64,000 nucleotides of DNA from an uncultured Actinomycetota bacterium (lineage in GTDB: Bacteria > Actinomycetota > Actinomycetes > Propionibacteriales > Nocardioidaceae). Of this stretch, positions 55,014-63,682 are shown piece by piece (the first letter of the stretch is position 1; each line of letters opens with the position of its first letter). A model generated the notes under the pieces. The model ran no database searches. It was not told where the DNA came from and saw nothing but the letters and a program-made list of their open reading frames with translations. The DNA lies in assembly GCA_963728555.1 (NCBI GenBank), contig CAVSKP010000005.1:21413-85412 (forward strand), written 5' to 3'. A program made the translations under genes and the position numbers.

Positions 55014-56409
55014 GTGACCACCTCCGTCACCACTGACGAACCCATTGGCGAAACCATCGACACCCTGCTCGAGTCCGAGTCCGAGGCGTTCGTGCGGCGC
55101 CAGCCACGCAGCACCGCCATGATCGCCGAGGCCGGCGCCGTTCTCGCCGGCGGCGCTACTTCCAACTGGCAGATCGCCCAGCCGCAGGCCGTGTGGATGA
55201 GCCACGGCCAGGGGCCCCACGTCTGGGACGTGGACGGCAACGAGTACGTCGACATGCACGGCGGGTACGGCGCCGCCATCGCCGGCCACGCCCACCCCGC
55301 CATCGTGGAGGCCGTGACCCGTCAGGTCTCACGCGGTACGCACTTCGCCCAGCCCACCGAGGACGCCATCTGGGTGGCGACCGAGCTCGCCCGCCGCTTC
55401 GGCCTGCCCCAGTGGCGGTTCGCCAACTCGGGCACCGAGGCCACCATGGACGCGATCCACCTGATGCGGGCGCTGAAGGGCCGCGACCTCATCATCAAGG
55501 TGGAGGGTTGCTACCACGGCCACCACGACTCGGTGCAGGTCTCGGTGCTGCCCGAGCCCGAGGAGGTCGGCCCGGCCGACGCGCCGTACCGCGTCCCCGG
55601 CAACACCGGCATCCCGCAGGCGATCATGGACCTGATCGTCGTGGTGCCCTTCAACGACCTGGGCGCCGTCGAGCGCGCCCTGGCCGAGCACCGCGGACAG
55701 ATCGCGGGGATGATCCTCGAGCCGATCATGATGAACGCCGGCATCATCCCGCCGGACGACGGCTACCTCGCCGGTCTCAAGGAGCTCCTCCACGCCGAGG
55801 ACTGCTTCCTCACCTTCGACGAGGTCAAGACCGGCTTCACGACCGGACCCGCGGGGGCTACCGGGAGGTACGGCGTCACGCCGGACATCGTCTGCCTCGC
55901 CAAGGCCCTCGGTGGCGGAATCTCCGTCGCCGCGCTGGGTGGTACCGACGAAGTCATGTCCGCCATCGCCGACGGGAGGTACGAGCAGGTCGGCACGTTC
56001 AACGGCAACCCGCTGGCGATGGCCGCCGCACGCGCGAACCTCAGCCAGGTCCTCAACGAGGAGGGGTACGCCCGCCTCGATGCCCTGGCCGCGCGTGCCA
56101 GGGAGGGCTTCGAGCGGCACATCGCCGACAACGGGCTCGCCGTGGCACGTGGTCAGCGTCGGCGCCAAGGGATGCGTGGCGTTCACGGGCGAGCCCGTCC
56201 GCAACTACCGCGACTTCCTCGAGGTCGACGACCGCTGGGGTCACCTGCATTGGCTGATGCAGCACAATGGCGGGGTGTTCCTGCCGCCGTGGGGCAAGGT
56301 CGAGCAGTGGCTGCTGTCCGTGCAGCACACCGAGGACGACGTCGACCTTCTCGTCTCCAACTTCGGTCGGCTGGCCGAGGTGGCCGGTCAGACCTCTGGC
56401 GCCGCCTGA
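55014..56409 (+). CDS. Class III PLP aminotransferase (HemL/GSA-AM-like paralog), frameshift near 56136-56141
   Basis: WDVDGNEYVD, SGTEATM, GCYHGH, ILEP, FDEVKTGF, LAKALGGG, GTFNGNP; C-terminus continues in the 55912-56409 frame. Confidence 0.88.
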
Positions 56410-57539
56410 TGGCGGGCGGCGCCCTGCGCCTCACCTCGCTGACGAAGTCGTTCGGCGACGTCGTCGCCGTCGACGGCATCGACCTCGACCTGCCGGCCGG
56501 CGAGTTCTGCTCGCTGCTCGGTGCGTCGGGGTGCGGCAAGACCACGACCCTGCGGATGATCGCGGGATTCGAGAGGCCGGACTCCGGCCAGATCCTGCTC
56601 GACGGCAAGGACATGGCGCAGGAGCCGCCGCACCGGCGCCCGGTCAACACCGTGTTCCAGAGCTACGCCCTGTTCCCGCTGATGACGGTCCGGGAGAACG
56701 TCGCCTTCGGGCTGCGCTACCAGAACGTCGACAAGGCCACCATCGACCGCCGGGTCTCGGAGGCCCTGGACGTCGCCCGCATCGGCGAGCTCGCCAAGCG
56801 CCGCCCCGCCCAGCTGTCCGGTGGTCAGCAGCAGCGCGTCGCCCTGGCCCGTGCCCTGGTGCTCAACCCGAAGGTGCTGTTGCTCGACGAGCCGCTCGGG
56901 GCCCTGGACGCCCAGCTCCGCAAGTACCTCCAGCTCCAGCTGCGCCAGCTCCAGCGCGACCTCGGCATCACCTTCGTCTACGTCACCCACGACCAGGAGG
57001 AGGCCCTGACGATGAGTGACCGCATCGCGGTCATCGCCGAGGGCAAGGTCGAGCAGGTCGGCGCACCGGAGGAGATCTACTCACGTCCCGCGACGGCGTA
57101 CGTCGCCGGGTTCCTCGGGTCCGCCAACATCTTCGACGCCGACGTCACCGACGTCTCGTCGAGCACCGCCACCTGCACGTCCTTGGGCCGCACCATCGCC
57201 GCCGAGGTCACCGGCGACTGCCCGCGCGGCGAGGCCGCGATCGTGGTCCGCCCCGAGAGGATCGCCGTCGACGCCGAGTCCGCGCCCGGCCCGACCGGCC
57301 ACAACCGCCTGACCGGAACGGTCCTCGACGTCGTGTACCTCGGCGCCTCGACCCAGGTGCGCGTGGACGTCGGGGACGACCACGTCTTGCTCGTGCAGGT
57401 CGCCAACCAGGCCGGCCCCCGCTCTTTCACGGCCACCCCCGGCGAGCGCGTCGCCTGCTGGTTCTCTCCCACTGCCGTCCAGGTACTGCGCCGGAGCGAG
57501 GCGAAGCTGCCGGACCCGGTCGAGGTCGAGATCGGGTAG
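56409..57539 (+). CDS. potA: Polyamine-type ABC ATPase (PotA-like)
   Basis: GASGCGKTT, VFQSYALFP, LSGGQQQR, LLDEP, YVTHDQEEA, TOBE C-terminus. Confidence 0.9.
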   Translation: MAGGALRLTSLTKSFGDVVAVDGIDLDLPAGEFCSLLGASGCGKTTTLRMIAGFERPDSGQILLDGKDMAQEPPHRRPVNTVFQSYALFPLMTVRENVAFGLRYQNVDKATIDRRVSEALDVARIGELAKRRPAQLSGGQQQRVALARALVLNPKVLLLDEPLGALDAQLRKYLQLQLRQLQRDLGITFVYVTHDQEEALTMSDRIAVIAEGKVEQVGAPEEIYSRPATAYVAGFLGSANIFDADVTDVSSSTATCTSLGRTIAAEVTGDCPRGEAAIVVRPERIAVDAESAPGPTGHNRLTGTVLDVVYLGASTQVRVDVGDDHVLLVQVANQAGPRSFTATPGERVACWFSPTAVQVLRRSEAKLPDPVEVEIG

Positions 57540-57549
57540 CGGCCGGGGG

Positions 57550-57633
57550 TCACCGCCTAGGCGGTGAGTGAGTGTTGGTTCCGAACGGTCGAACCAACAC
57601 TCAGCCACCGCGGCCCCGCCGAAACCAACACTG
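57550..57633. terminator. Palindrome/hairpin cluster between convergent genes
   Basis: TCACCGCCTAGGCGGTGA perfect palindrome; TGAGTGTTGGTTC/GAACCAACACTCA stem; third AACCAACACT copy. Confidence 0.55.
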
Positions 57634-57656
57634 ACGCACCGCTGCCCGGCGTTACG

Positions 57657-58316
57657 TCAGGCCTTGGACTTCTTGCGGTTCTTGACGCGGCGCGGGCCGG
57701 GCGAGAGGCCGAGGCGCTGCTCGGCGTACTCCATCGCGATGTCGTGGGCGACGTCGGAGGTGAGCTCGGGGTCGTCGAGGGCGACCTGGGTGGAAAGGCC
57801 GTCGAGGACGACGGTGAACATCAAGGCGAAGCGACGCAGGTCGATGCCGGCGTCGACGTCGCCGGCCTCCTGGCCCTCGCGCACGATCCGCTCGACGAGG
57901 TCGCGCCAGCGGCTGTCGAGCTCGACGCGGGCCTCGCGTACCTCGGGGTGTCGCAGCGCCGTCGACCACAGGTCCAGCCACAGACCCCACGAGCCGGTCA
58001 CCTCTCCGGGGAGCTGCGGCACGCAGGACCACTCCACCAGCATCGAGAGCCGGCGGCGGAAGTCCTTCTCGTCGTCGAGCAGCTTGGCGGCGGCGTCGTA
58101 GTAGGTCTCCTCGGAGAACCGGAGCGCGTCGACGAGCAGCCGGTCGCGGGTGCCGAAGTAGTAGATGACCAGGCCGGAGCTGGTGCCGGCGCGCTTGGCG
58201 ACATCGGCGATCCGGGTGTCGCCGTACCCGCGCTCGCTGATCAGCTCCGCAGCCGCCTGGAGCATTGCCCGGCGGCGCGCCTCGTTGCCCTCGGTCTGCG
58301 GCGCTGCTTCGGCCAT
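57657..58316 (-). CDS. TetR regulator, BetI-like
   Basis: TRIADVAKRAGTSSGLVIYYFGTRD HTH; WLDLW C-terminal domain; divergent from the oxidoreductase operon. Confidence 0.9.
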   Translation of the reverse strand: MAEAAPQTEGNEARRRAMLQAAAELISERGYGDTRIADVAKRAGTSSGLVIYYFGTRDRLLVDALRFSEETYYDAAAKLLDDEKDFRRRLSMLVEWSCVPQLPGEVTGSWGLWLDLWSTALRHPEVREARVELDSRWRDLVERIVREGQEAGDVDAGIDLRRFALMFTVVLDGLSTQVALDDPELTSDVAHDIAMEYAEQRLGLSPGPRRVKNRKKSKA

Positions 58317-58384
58317 GACGGTCGCGTCTCCTCCTCGCCCGGTGACCGGTGCGGCCCCTTGCCACGGACGCTATCACCTCGTTA

Positions 58385-58404
58385 GATTGAACAGTCAGTC
58401 AAAC
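58385..58404. promoter_or_regulatory. TetR operator 4
   Basis: GATTGAACAGTCAGTCAAAC. Confidence 0.75.
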
Positions 58405-58454
58405 ACACCACGGGGCTTCGTCTCCCTTGGACCCCCGACCCTGGAGGACGCAGG

Positions 58455-60119
58455 ATGGCAGGCTCCTACGACGCGATCGTGGTCGGCGGCGGGCACAACG
58501 GCCTGGTGGCCGCGGCGTACCTCGCCCGCTCCGGCGCCCGCACGGTCGTGCTCGAGGGCCGCAGCAAGGTCGGCGGCGCGGCCACGACCGAGCAGCCGTG
58601 GCCCGACGCACCTCACCTCTCGGTCACCCGCCTGTCGTACGTCATGAGCCTGATGCCGGCGACCATCGTCAACGAGCTGAAGCTCGCGCAGTACGGCTAC
58701 AAGGTCCACCCGATGGGCCCGTACTTCCAGGCGTTCCCCGAGGGCGGCTCGCTGACGATCTACGAGGACGACGAGGCGCGGACGTACGACGAGATCGCGC
58801 GGTGGTCGAAGAAGGACGCCGAGGCCTGGCCGAAGTGGAACGACTGGCTCAAGGGCATCGCCGACGTGATGGGCCCGCTGCTGACCCGCGTGCCGCCGAC
58901 GATCGGGTCCCACTCGCCCTCCGACCTCGCGGACCTCGGCAGGCTGGTCTGGAAGAACCGTGGCGTCGACACCCGCATGGTCGCCGACATCACCCGGCTG
59001 ATGAGCATGAGCATCGCGGACCTGCTCGACGACTGGTTCGAGTCCTCCCAGGTCAAGGGCGCGCTCGCGGTCAACGGCGTGATCGGTACGTGGGCCGGTC
59101 CGTTCGCGCCGGGGACGGCGTACGTGATGGCCCACCACTCCATCGGTGACGTCGGCGACGCCGGCGGGCACAGCCAGCAGCTCGGCAGCTGGGGCTACCC
59201 CGAGGGCGGCATGGGCGCGGTGTCCGCGGCGATCGCCAGGTCGGCCGGCGAGCTGGGCGTCGAGATCCGCACCAGCTCGCGCGTCGAGTCGGTGAGCTCC
59301 AGCAACGGCCGCGCGACCGGCGTGGTGCTGGAGAACGGCGACCAGCTGAGCGCCCCGATCGTGGTCACCAGCCTGCACCCCAAGACCGCGTTCCTCGACC
59401 ACCTGCCGCGCACCGAGCTGCCCGAGGACTTCGTCGCCGACATCGAGCGCTGGAACACCCGCTCCGGAGTGGTGAAGGTCAACCTGGCCCTGGCGGAGCT
59501 GCCGCGGTTCACGTCGGTCCCGGACACCGACCGCGACGTCGATGGCGTCCCCGAGCACCTCACCGGCTCGGTCGAGATGTCGCCGTCGATGGAGTTCATC
59601 GAGCGGGCGTTCCAAGATGCGCGCGAGGGCCGCGCCGCGCTGCGGCCGTTCAGTGACGGCGTCATCCCGACGAGCCTCGACAAGACGATGAACCCCGACG
59701 GCACGCACATCCTGAGCCTGTTCACGCAGTACGTCCCGCACGAGTGGAGCGAAGCGCCGCACACCGAGGAGCTCGAGGCCTACACGGACCGGCTGATCGA
59801 TCTCTACGACCAGGTCGCGCCCGGCTTCGCCGCATCGGTGACGCATCGTGACATCGTGGGACCGCACGAGATGCAGGAGGAGTACGGACTCATCGGCGGC
59901 AACATCTTCCACGGCGAGCTCACGCCCGAGCAGCTGTTCCACATGCGTCCGGCACCGGGGTACGCCGACTACCGCACGCCGATCGCCGGCCTCTACAACG
60001 CCAGCTCCGCCACGCACGGTGGCGGCGGCGTCTGCGGCATCCCCGGCTGGCAGGCCGCCAGGGCGGCCATCCACGACCGCTCGTCGCGGTGGCAGCGGCT
60101 GCGCGGCAGGCTCGCTTGA
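58455..60119 (+). CDS. Phytoene-desaturase-superfamily FAD oxidoreductase (PYROXD2-like)
   Basis: IVVGGGHNGLVAAAYL, LSYVMSLM, GTAYVMAHH, GGMGAVS, GGNIFHG, HGGGGVCGIPG. Confidence 0.85.
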   Translation: MAGSYDAIVVGGGHNGLVAAAYLARSGARTVVLEGRSKVGGAATTEQPWPDAPHLSVTRLSYVMSLMPATIVNELKLAQYGYKVHPMGPYFQAFPEGGSLTIYEDDEARTYDEIARWSKKDAEAWPKWNDWLKGIADVMGPLLTRVPPTIGSHSPSDLADLGRLVWKNRGVDTRMVADITRLMSMSIADLLDDWFESSQVKGALAVNGVIGTWAGPFAPGTAYVMAHHSIGDVGDAGGHSQQLGSWGYPEGGMGAVSAAIARSAGELGVEIRTSSRVESVSSSNGRATGVVLENGDQLSAPIVVTSLHPKTAFLDHLPRTELPEDFVADIERWNTRSGVVKVNLALAELPRFTSVPDTDRDVDGVPEHLTGSVEMSPSMEFIERAFQDAREGRAALRPFSDGVIPTSLDKTMNPDGTHILSLFTQYVPHEWSEAPHTEELEAYTDRLIDLYDQVAPGFAASVTHRDIVGPHEMQEEYGLIGGNIFHGELTPEQLFHMRPAPGYADYRTPIAGLYNASSATHGGGGVCGIPGWQAARAAIHDRSSRWQRLRGRLA

Positions 60120-62170
60120 ACGAGGCCCTCGCGGCCGCGCTCGAAGCCCGGTCCGTCGCACTGGTGGGGGCGAGCCCGCGGCCGGGCAGCCTGGGCCGGC
60201 GGATGGTCGGCGAGGTGCTGCGGTCGCCGGGTTTCGAGCGGGTCTGGCTCGTCAACCCGTCGTACGACGAGGTGGCCGGCCTGCCCTGTCTCCCCGACCT
60301 GCACGCCCTGGGCGAGGCACCCGACCTGGTGCTGATGGGCGTCGGCGACGGGCGCCTCGTCGAGCAGCTGACCGCGGCGGCGAAGGTCGGCGCGCGTGGC
60401 GCCGTGGTGTTCGGCAGCGCGCACGCGGACGGCGTACGCGACGACCTGCGGCGCATCGCCACGGACGCCGGCATGGCCCTGGTCGGCGCCGGGTGCATGG
60501 GGTTCTGGAACGTACGTCGCGGCGTGCGGGCCATGGGCTACACCGAGCGCGAGGACCTGCCTGTGGGCCCGGTCTCGCTGGTCACCCACTCGGGGTCGGT
60601 GTTCTCGACGATGCTGCGCACGCGGCTGCGGCTCGGCTTCGACCTGGTGGTGTCGTCGGGGCAGGAGCTCGTCACGACCACCGCCGACTACGTCGACCAC
60701 GTCGTGGCGCACACCGAGACCAAGGTGCTCGCCCTCGTGCTCGAGACGATCCGGGGCGGCGACCGGCTGCGCTGGTCGCTGCGGCGTGCCCGTGAGGCGG
60801 GCATCGAGGTCGTGCTGCTCCCGGTCGGCCACACCCCCCTCGGCTCGGCCATGGTGGCCGCACATTCCGGCGCGGTGGCCGGCGGGTCGGCGGCGTGGGA
60901 GGCGCTGGCCGACGACATCGCCGGCCACCTCGTCGCCGACCTCGCCGAGCTCGGCGACACGCTCGCGCTCCTCTCCTCGACCCGCCGCCCCCGGCCGGGC
61001 ACGGGCATCGCGACCGTGCACGACTCGGGCGCCGAGCGCAGCCTGGTCGCGGACCTCGCGCACGGCTTGGACGTACCCTTCGCCGACCTGTCCCCGGCCA
61101 CACTCGCCGCGCTGGGGGACCGCCTCGAGCCCGGCCTCGAGCCCGGCAACCCGCTGGACGTCTGGAACAGCGGCGCGGACACGCACCGGGTCTTCGCCGA
61201 CTGCCTGAGGATGATCGCTGCCGATCCCGCGGTCGGGGTGACCGGGCTGGCGGTCGACCTGGTGCCCGAGTACGACGGCGACACGTCCTACCCCGACGCG
61301 ATGCTGGAGGTCGCGGCCGCCACCAGCGAGCCGGTGGTCGTGCTGGCGGGCCTGCCCGGGGCGATCGACGAGGACGCGGCCGGCCGGCTGCGCGACGCGG
61401 GCATCCCGGTGCTGGAGGGCTTCCGCAGCGGGTTGCTCGCGCTGCGCCATCTGCTGGACGCCGTCGACCGGCCGGGTCCTGACCAACTGCTGGTCGAGGA
61501 AGGCGCGCTGGCGCCTGTCGCGAGACCCCGTGAGTGGCAAGACCTCCCCGCCGCCTACGGCATCCCGACCCCGGCGGAACGCGGGGCCGCGACGGCGGAT
61601 GAAGCAGCCCTGGCGGCCCGCGACCTCGGCTTCCCCGTCGTCCTGAAGACCTCGGCGCCCGGCATCACCCACCGCTCCGACGTGGCCGGCGTGGTCACCG
61701 GCCTGCACGACGCCGCGGCCGTCGAGGCGGCGTACGCCGACCTGGCTGCCCGCCTCGGACCCGACGTCACGGTTCACGAGCAGGTTCCGGCGGGCGTCGA
61801 GGTGTCGGTCGGCCTCGTGCACGACCACGCACTCGGCCCGATGGTGGTGGTGGCCGCCGGCGGCGTGCTGGTCGAGCTGCTGGCCGATCGGGCCGTCGCC
61901 CTTCCCCCGCTGACCCGCGAGGGCGCGCACCGGATGCTGGACCGCCTGCGGCTGCGGCCGATGCTCGACGGGTTCCGTGGCGCACCTCCGGTCGACATCG
62001 ACGCACTGGTCGACGTCGTCGTCGCGGTGTCACTGCTCGCGCGCGACCACGGCGACGAGCTCGCCGCCCTCGACCTGAACCCCGTCGTCGTCACGCCGCA
62101 CGGCGCGGTCGCGGTCGACGTGCTGATCGTTCCCCGAAGAGATGACCAGCCCGAGGAGACCCCGACATGA
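60116..62170 (+). CDS. ADP-forming acyl-CoA synthetase (acetate-CoA ligase family, CoA-binding + ATP-grasp)
   Basis: VALVGAS, VNP, HSGSV, AHSGAVAG phospho-His, GNPLDVW, FPVVLK..HRSDVAGV, LDLNPV; TTG overlaps the upstream TGA. Confidence 0.88.
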   Translation: MNEALAAALEARSVALVGASPRPGSLGRRMVGEVLRSPGFERVWLVNPSYDEVAGLPCLPDLHALGEAPDLVLMGVGDGRLVEQLTAAAKVGARGAVVFGSAHADGVRDDLRRIATDAGMALVGAGCMGFWNVRRGVRAMGYTEREDLPVGPVSLVTHSGSVFSTMLRTRLRLGFDLVVSSGQELVTTTADYVDHVVAHTETKVLALVLETIRGGDRLRWSLRRAREAGIEVVLLPVGHTPLGSAMVAAHSGAVAGGSAAWEALADDIAGHLVADLAELGDTLALLSSTRRPRPGTGIATVHDSGAERSLVADLAHGLDVPFADLSPATLAALGDRLEPGLEPGNPLDVWNSGADTHRVFADCLRMIAADPAVGVTGLAVDLVPEYDGDTSYPDAMLEVAAATSEPVVVLAGLPGAIDEDAAGRLRDAGIPVLEGFRSGLLALRHLLDAVDRPGPDQLLVEEGALAPVARPREWQDLPAAYGIPTPAERGAATADEAALAARDLGFPVVLKTSAPGITHRSDVAGVVTGLHDAAAVEAAYADLAARLGPDVTVHEQVPAGVEVSVGLVHDHALGPMVVVAAGGVLVELLADRAVALPPLTREGAHRMLDRLRLRPMLDGFRGAPPVDIDALVDVVVAVSLLARDHGDELAALDLNPVVVTPHGAVAVDVLIVPRRDDQPEETPT

Positions 62171-63342
62171 GCACCCTCAGCGAGCAGGACCTGGAGATCC
62201 GGCGCCGGGCGCGGGAGTTCGTGGACGACCTGGTGCAGTACGAGGTGGAGACCGAGCTCGCCGGCGGCGTACAGCCGGCGGGGCTGACCGAGAAGCTCCA
62301 CCACGCGGCCCTGGAGAGCGGGCTGTACGCCACGAACATGCCCGACTCCGTGGGCGGCCCGGGCTTCACCGCCCTCCAGCAGGTACTCGTCCAGGAGCAG
62401 GTCGGGCGTATCACCAACGGCCTCGCCTGGTGTCTGCACACCCCGCCGCAGTGGTGGGTCGAGGTGGCGACGCGGGAGCAGCTCGACCGGTGGCTGCTGC
62501 CGGCCGTGCGCGGCGAGCGGCACGAGTGCTACGCCATCACCGAGGAGCACGCCGGGTCCGACGTGAGCGACCTTGCCACGACCGCACGCCGGGAGGGCGA
62601 CGAGTACGTCGTGAACGGCGTCAAGTGGCACGTGACGTCGTACAACGTGGCCGACTACTGCTTCGTGCAGGCGGTGATCACCGACGGTCCGAACGCCGGC
62701 GAGCACGTGTTGCTGGTCGTGGACCTGCCGACGCCCGGCATCGAGGTGGTCCGCACGCCGGAGTACTCGCACCACATCGCCGACCACCACCCGATCGTGT
62801 CGTTCACCGACGTCCGCATCCCGGCCGCGCAGCTGATCGGCGTCGAGGGACAGGGCATGACCTTCACCCAGGACTGGTTCCGCTTCGAGCGCGTCATGGT
62901 CGCGGCGCGGTGCGTCGGCGCGTCCGCGCGGCTGGTGGACGAGATGACGGAGTTCGCGGGGTCTCGGATGGTCGGGGGGCAGCGGCTGGGTGACTACCAG
63001 CTGGTCACCGGCATGCTCGCCGACTCGGCGACCGAGCTCTTCGCCGCGCGCGCCGCGTTGTACGACGTGGCGCGCGCGATCGACGCCGGCGAGGACCGCA
63101 AGGTGCTCCACGCCCGCGCCTCGATGGTGAAGCTGCTCTGCTCCGAGACCGCCGGACGCGTCGCCGACCGCGCGGTGCAGGTGTTCGGCGGGCGCGGCTA
63201 CATGCGCGAGAACGTCGCCGAGCGGATGTTCCGTGAGCTCCGCGTCGAGCGCATCTGGGAGGGCGCCTCGGAGATCCAGCGCGTCATCGTCGGCCAGCAG
63301 CTCCTCAAGCGAGGCCCCGCCGCGGTGCTCGGCGACGGCTGA
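62167..63342 (+). CDS. Acyl-CoA dehydrogenase
   Basis: YAITEEHAGSD, NGVKWHVT, FGGRGYM, RIWEGASEIQR. Confidence 0.9.
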   Translation: MSTLSEQDLEIRRRAREFVDDLVQYEVETELAGGVQPAGLTEKLHHAALESGLYATNMPDSVGGPGFTALQQVLVQEQVGRITNGLAWCLHTPPQWWVEVATREQLDRWLLPAVRGERHECYAITEEHAGSDVSDLATTARREGDEYVVNGVKWHVTSYNVADYCFVQAVITDGPNAGEHVLLVVDLPTPGIEVVRTPEYSHHIADHHPIVSFTDVRIPAAQLIGVEGQGMTFTQDWFRFERVMVAARCVGASARLVDEMTEFAGSRMVGGQRLGDYQLVTGMLADSATELFAARAALYDVARAIDAGEDRKVLHARASMVKLLCSETAGRVADRAVQVFGGRGYMRENVAERMFRELRVERIWEGASEIQRVIVGQQLLKRGPAAVLGDG

Positions 63343-63499
63343 GCACCTGGCGTTGACGTCACTCGGCTCCGGGGGAGCGCAGGGGCAGGCCCGGGGTCGG
63401 ACCAGGGCTGTTCCCCGATGAGTTGTGTCGGTGGTCGCGGTCAATATGGGTATCACCAGCCGATCGGAACCCCGACCGCCCGCAGAGGAAGGCACGACC

Positions 63500-63682
63500 A
63501 TGTGGGACACCACCCAGACCACCTCGACCCACTTGTCGCACGACCTTCCGTGCCTGCGCTGCGGTCACGCCGCGCACACGTTCCTCGCCTGCAGCGACAC
63601 CTGCGACTGCGCGCCGCCCGTCATGCCCGGCACGGTCTACGCGCCGACCGTCACGCCGGGCACGGTCGCCCTCGCCGCCTGA
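63500..63682 (+). CDS. Small Cys/His-rich protein (60 aa)
   Basis: GAGGAAGG RBS; CLRCGHAAHTFLACSDTCDC. Confidence 0.65.
   Translation: MWDTTQTTSTHLSHDLPCLRCGHAAHTFLACSDTCDCAPPVMPGTVYAPTVTPGTVALAA

Noticed and set aside
55014-56409. hemL (tetrapyrrole synthesis)
   Set aside because: No hem genes nearby; the polyamine-transporter context points to a catabolic paralog
54957-57539. 860-aa aminotransferase-ABC ATPase fusion
   Set aside because: Frameshift near 56138; the true aminotransferase ends at 56409, overlapping the potA ATG
58455-63342. Carotenoid biosynthesis cluster
   Set aside because: No crtB/crtE/crtY; neighbours are catabolic, and the motifs fit the non-CrtI branch
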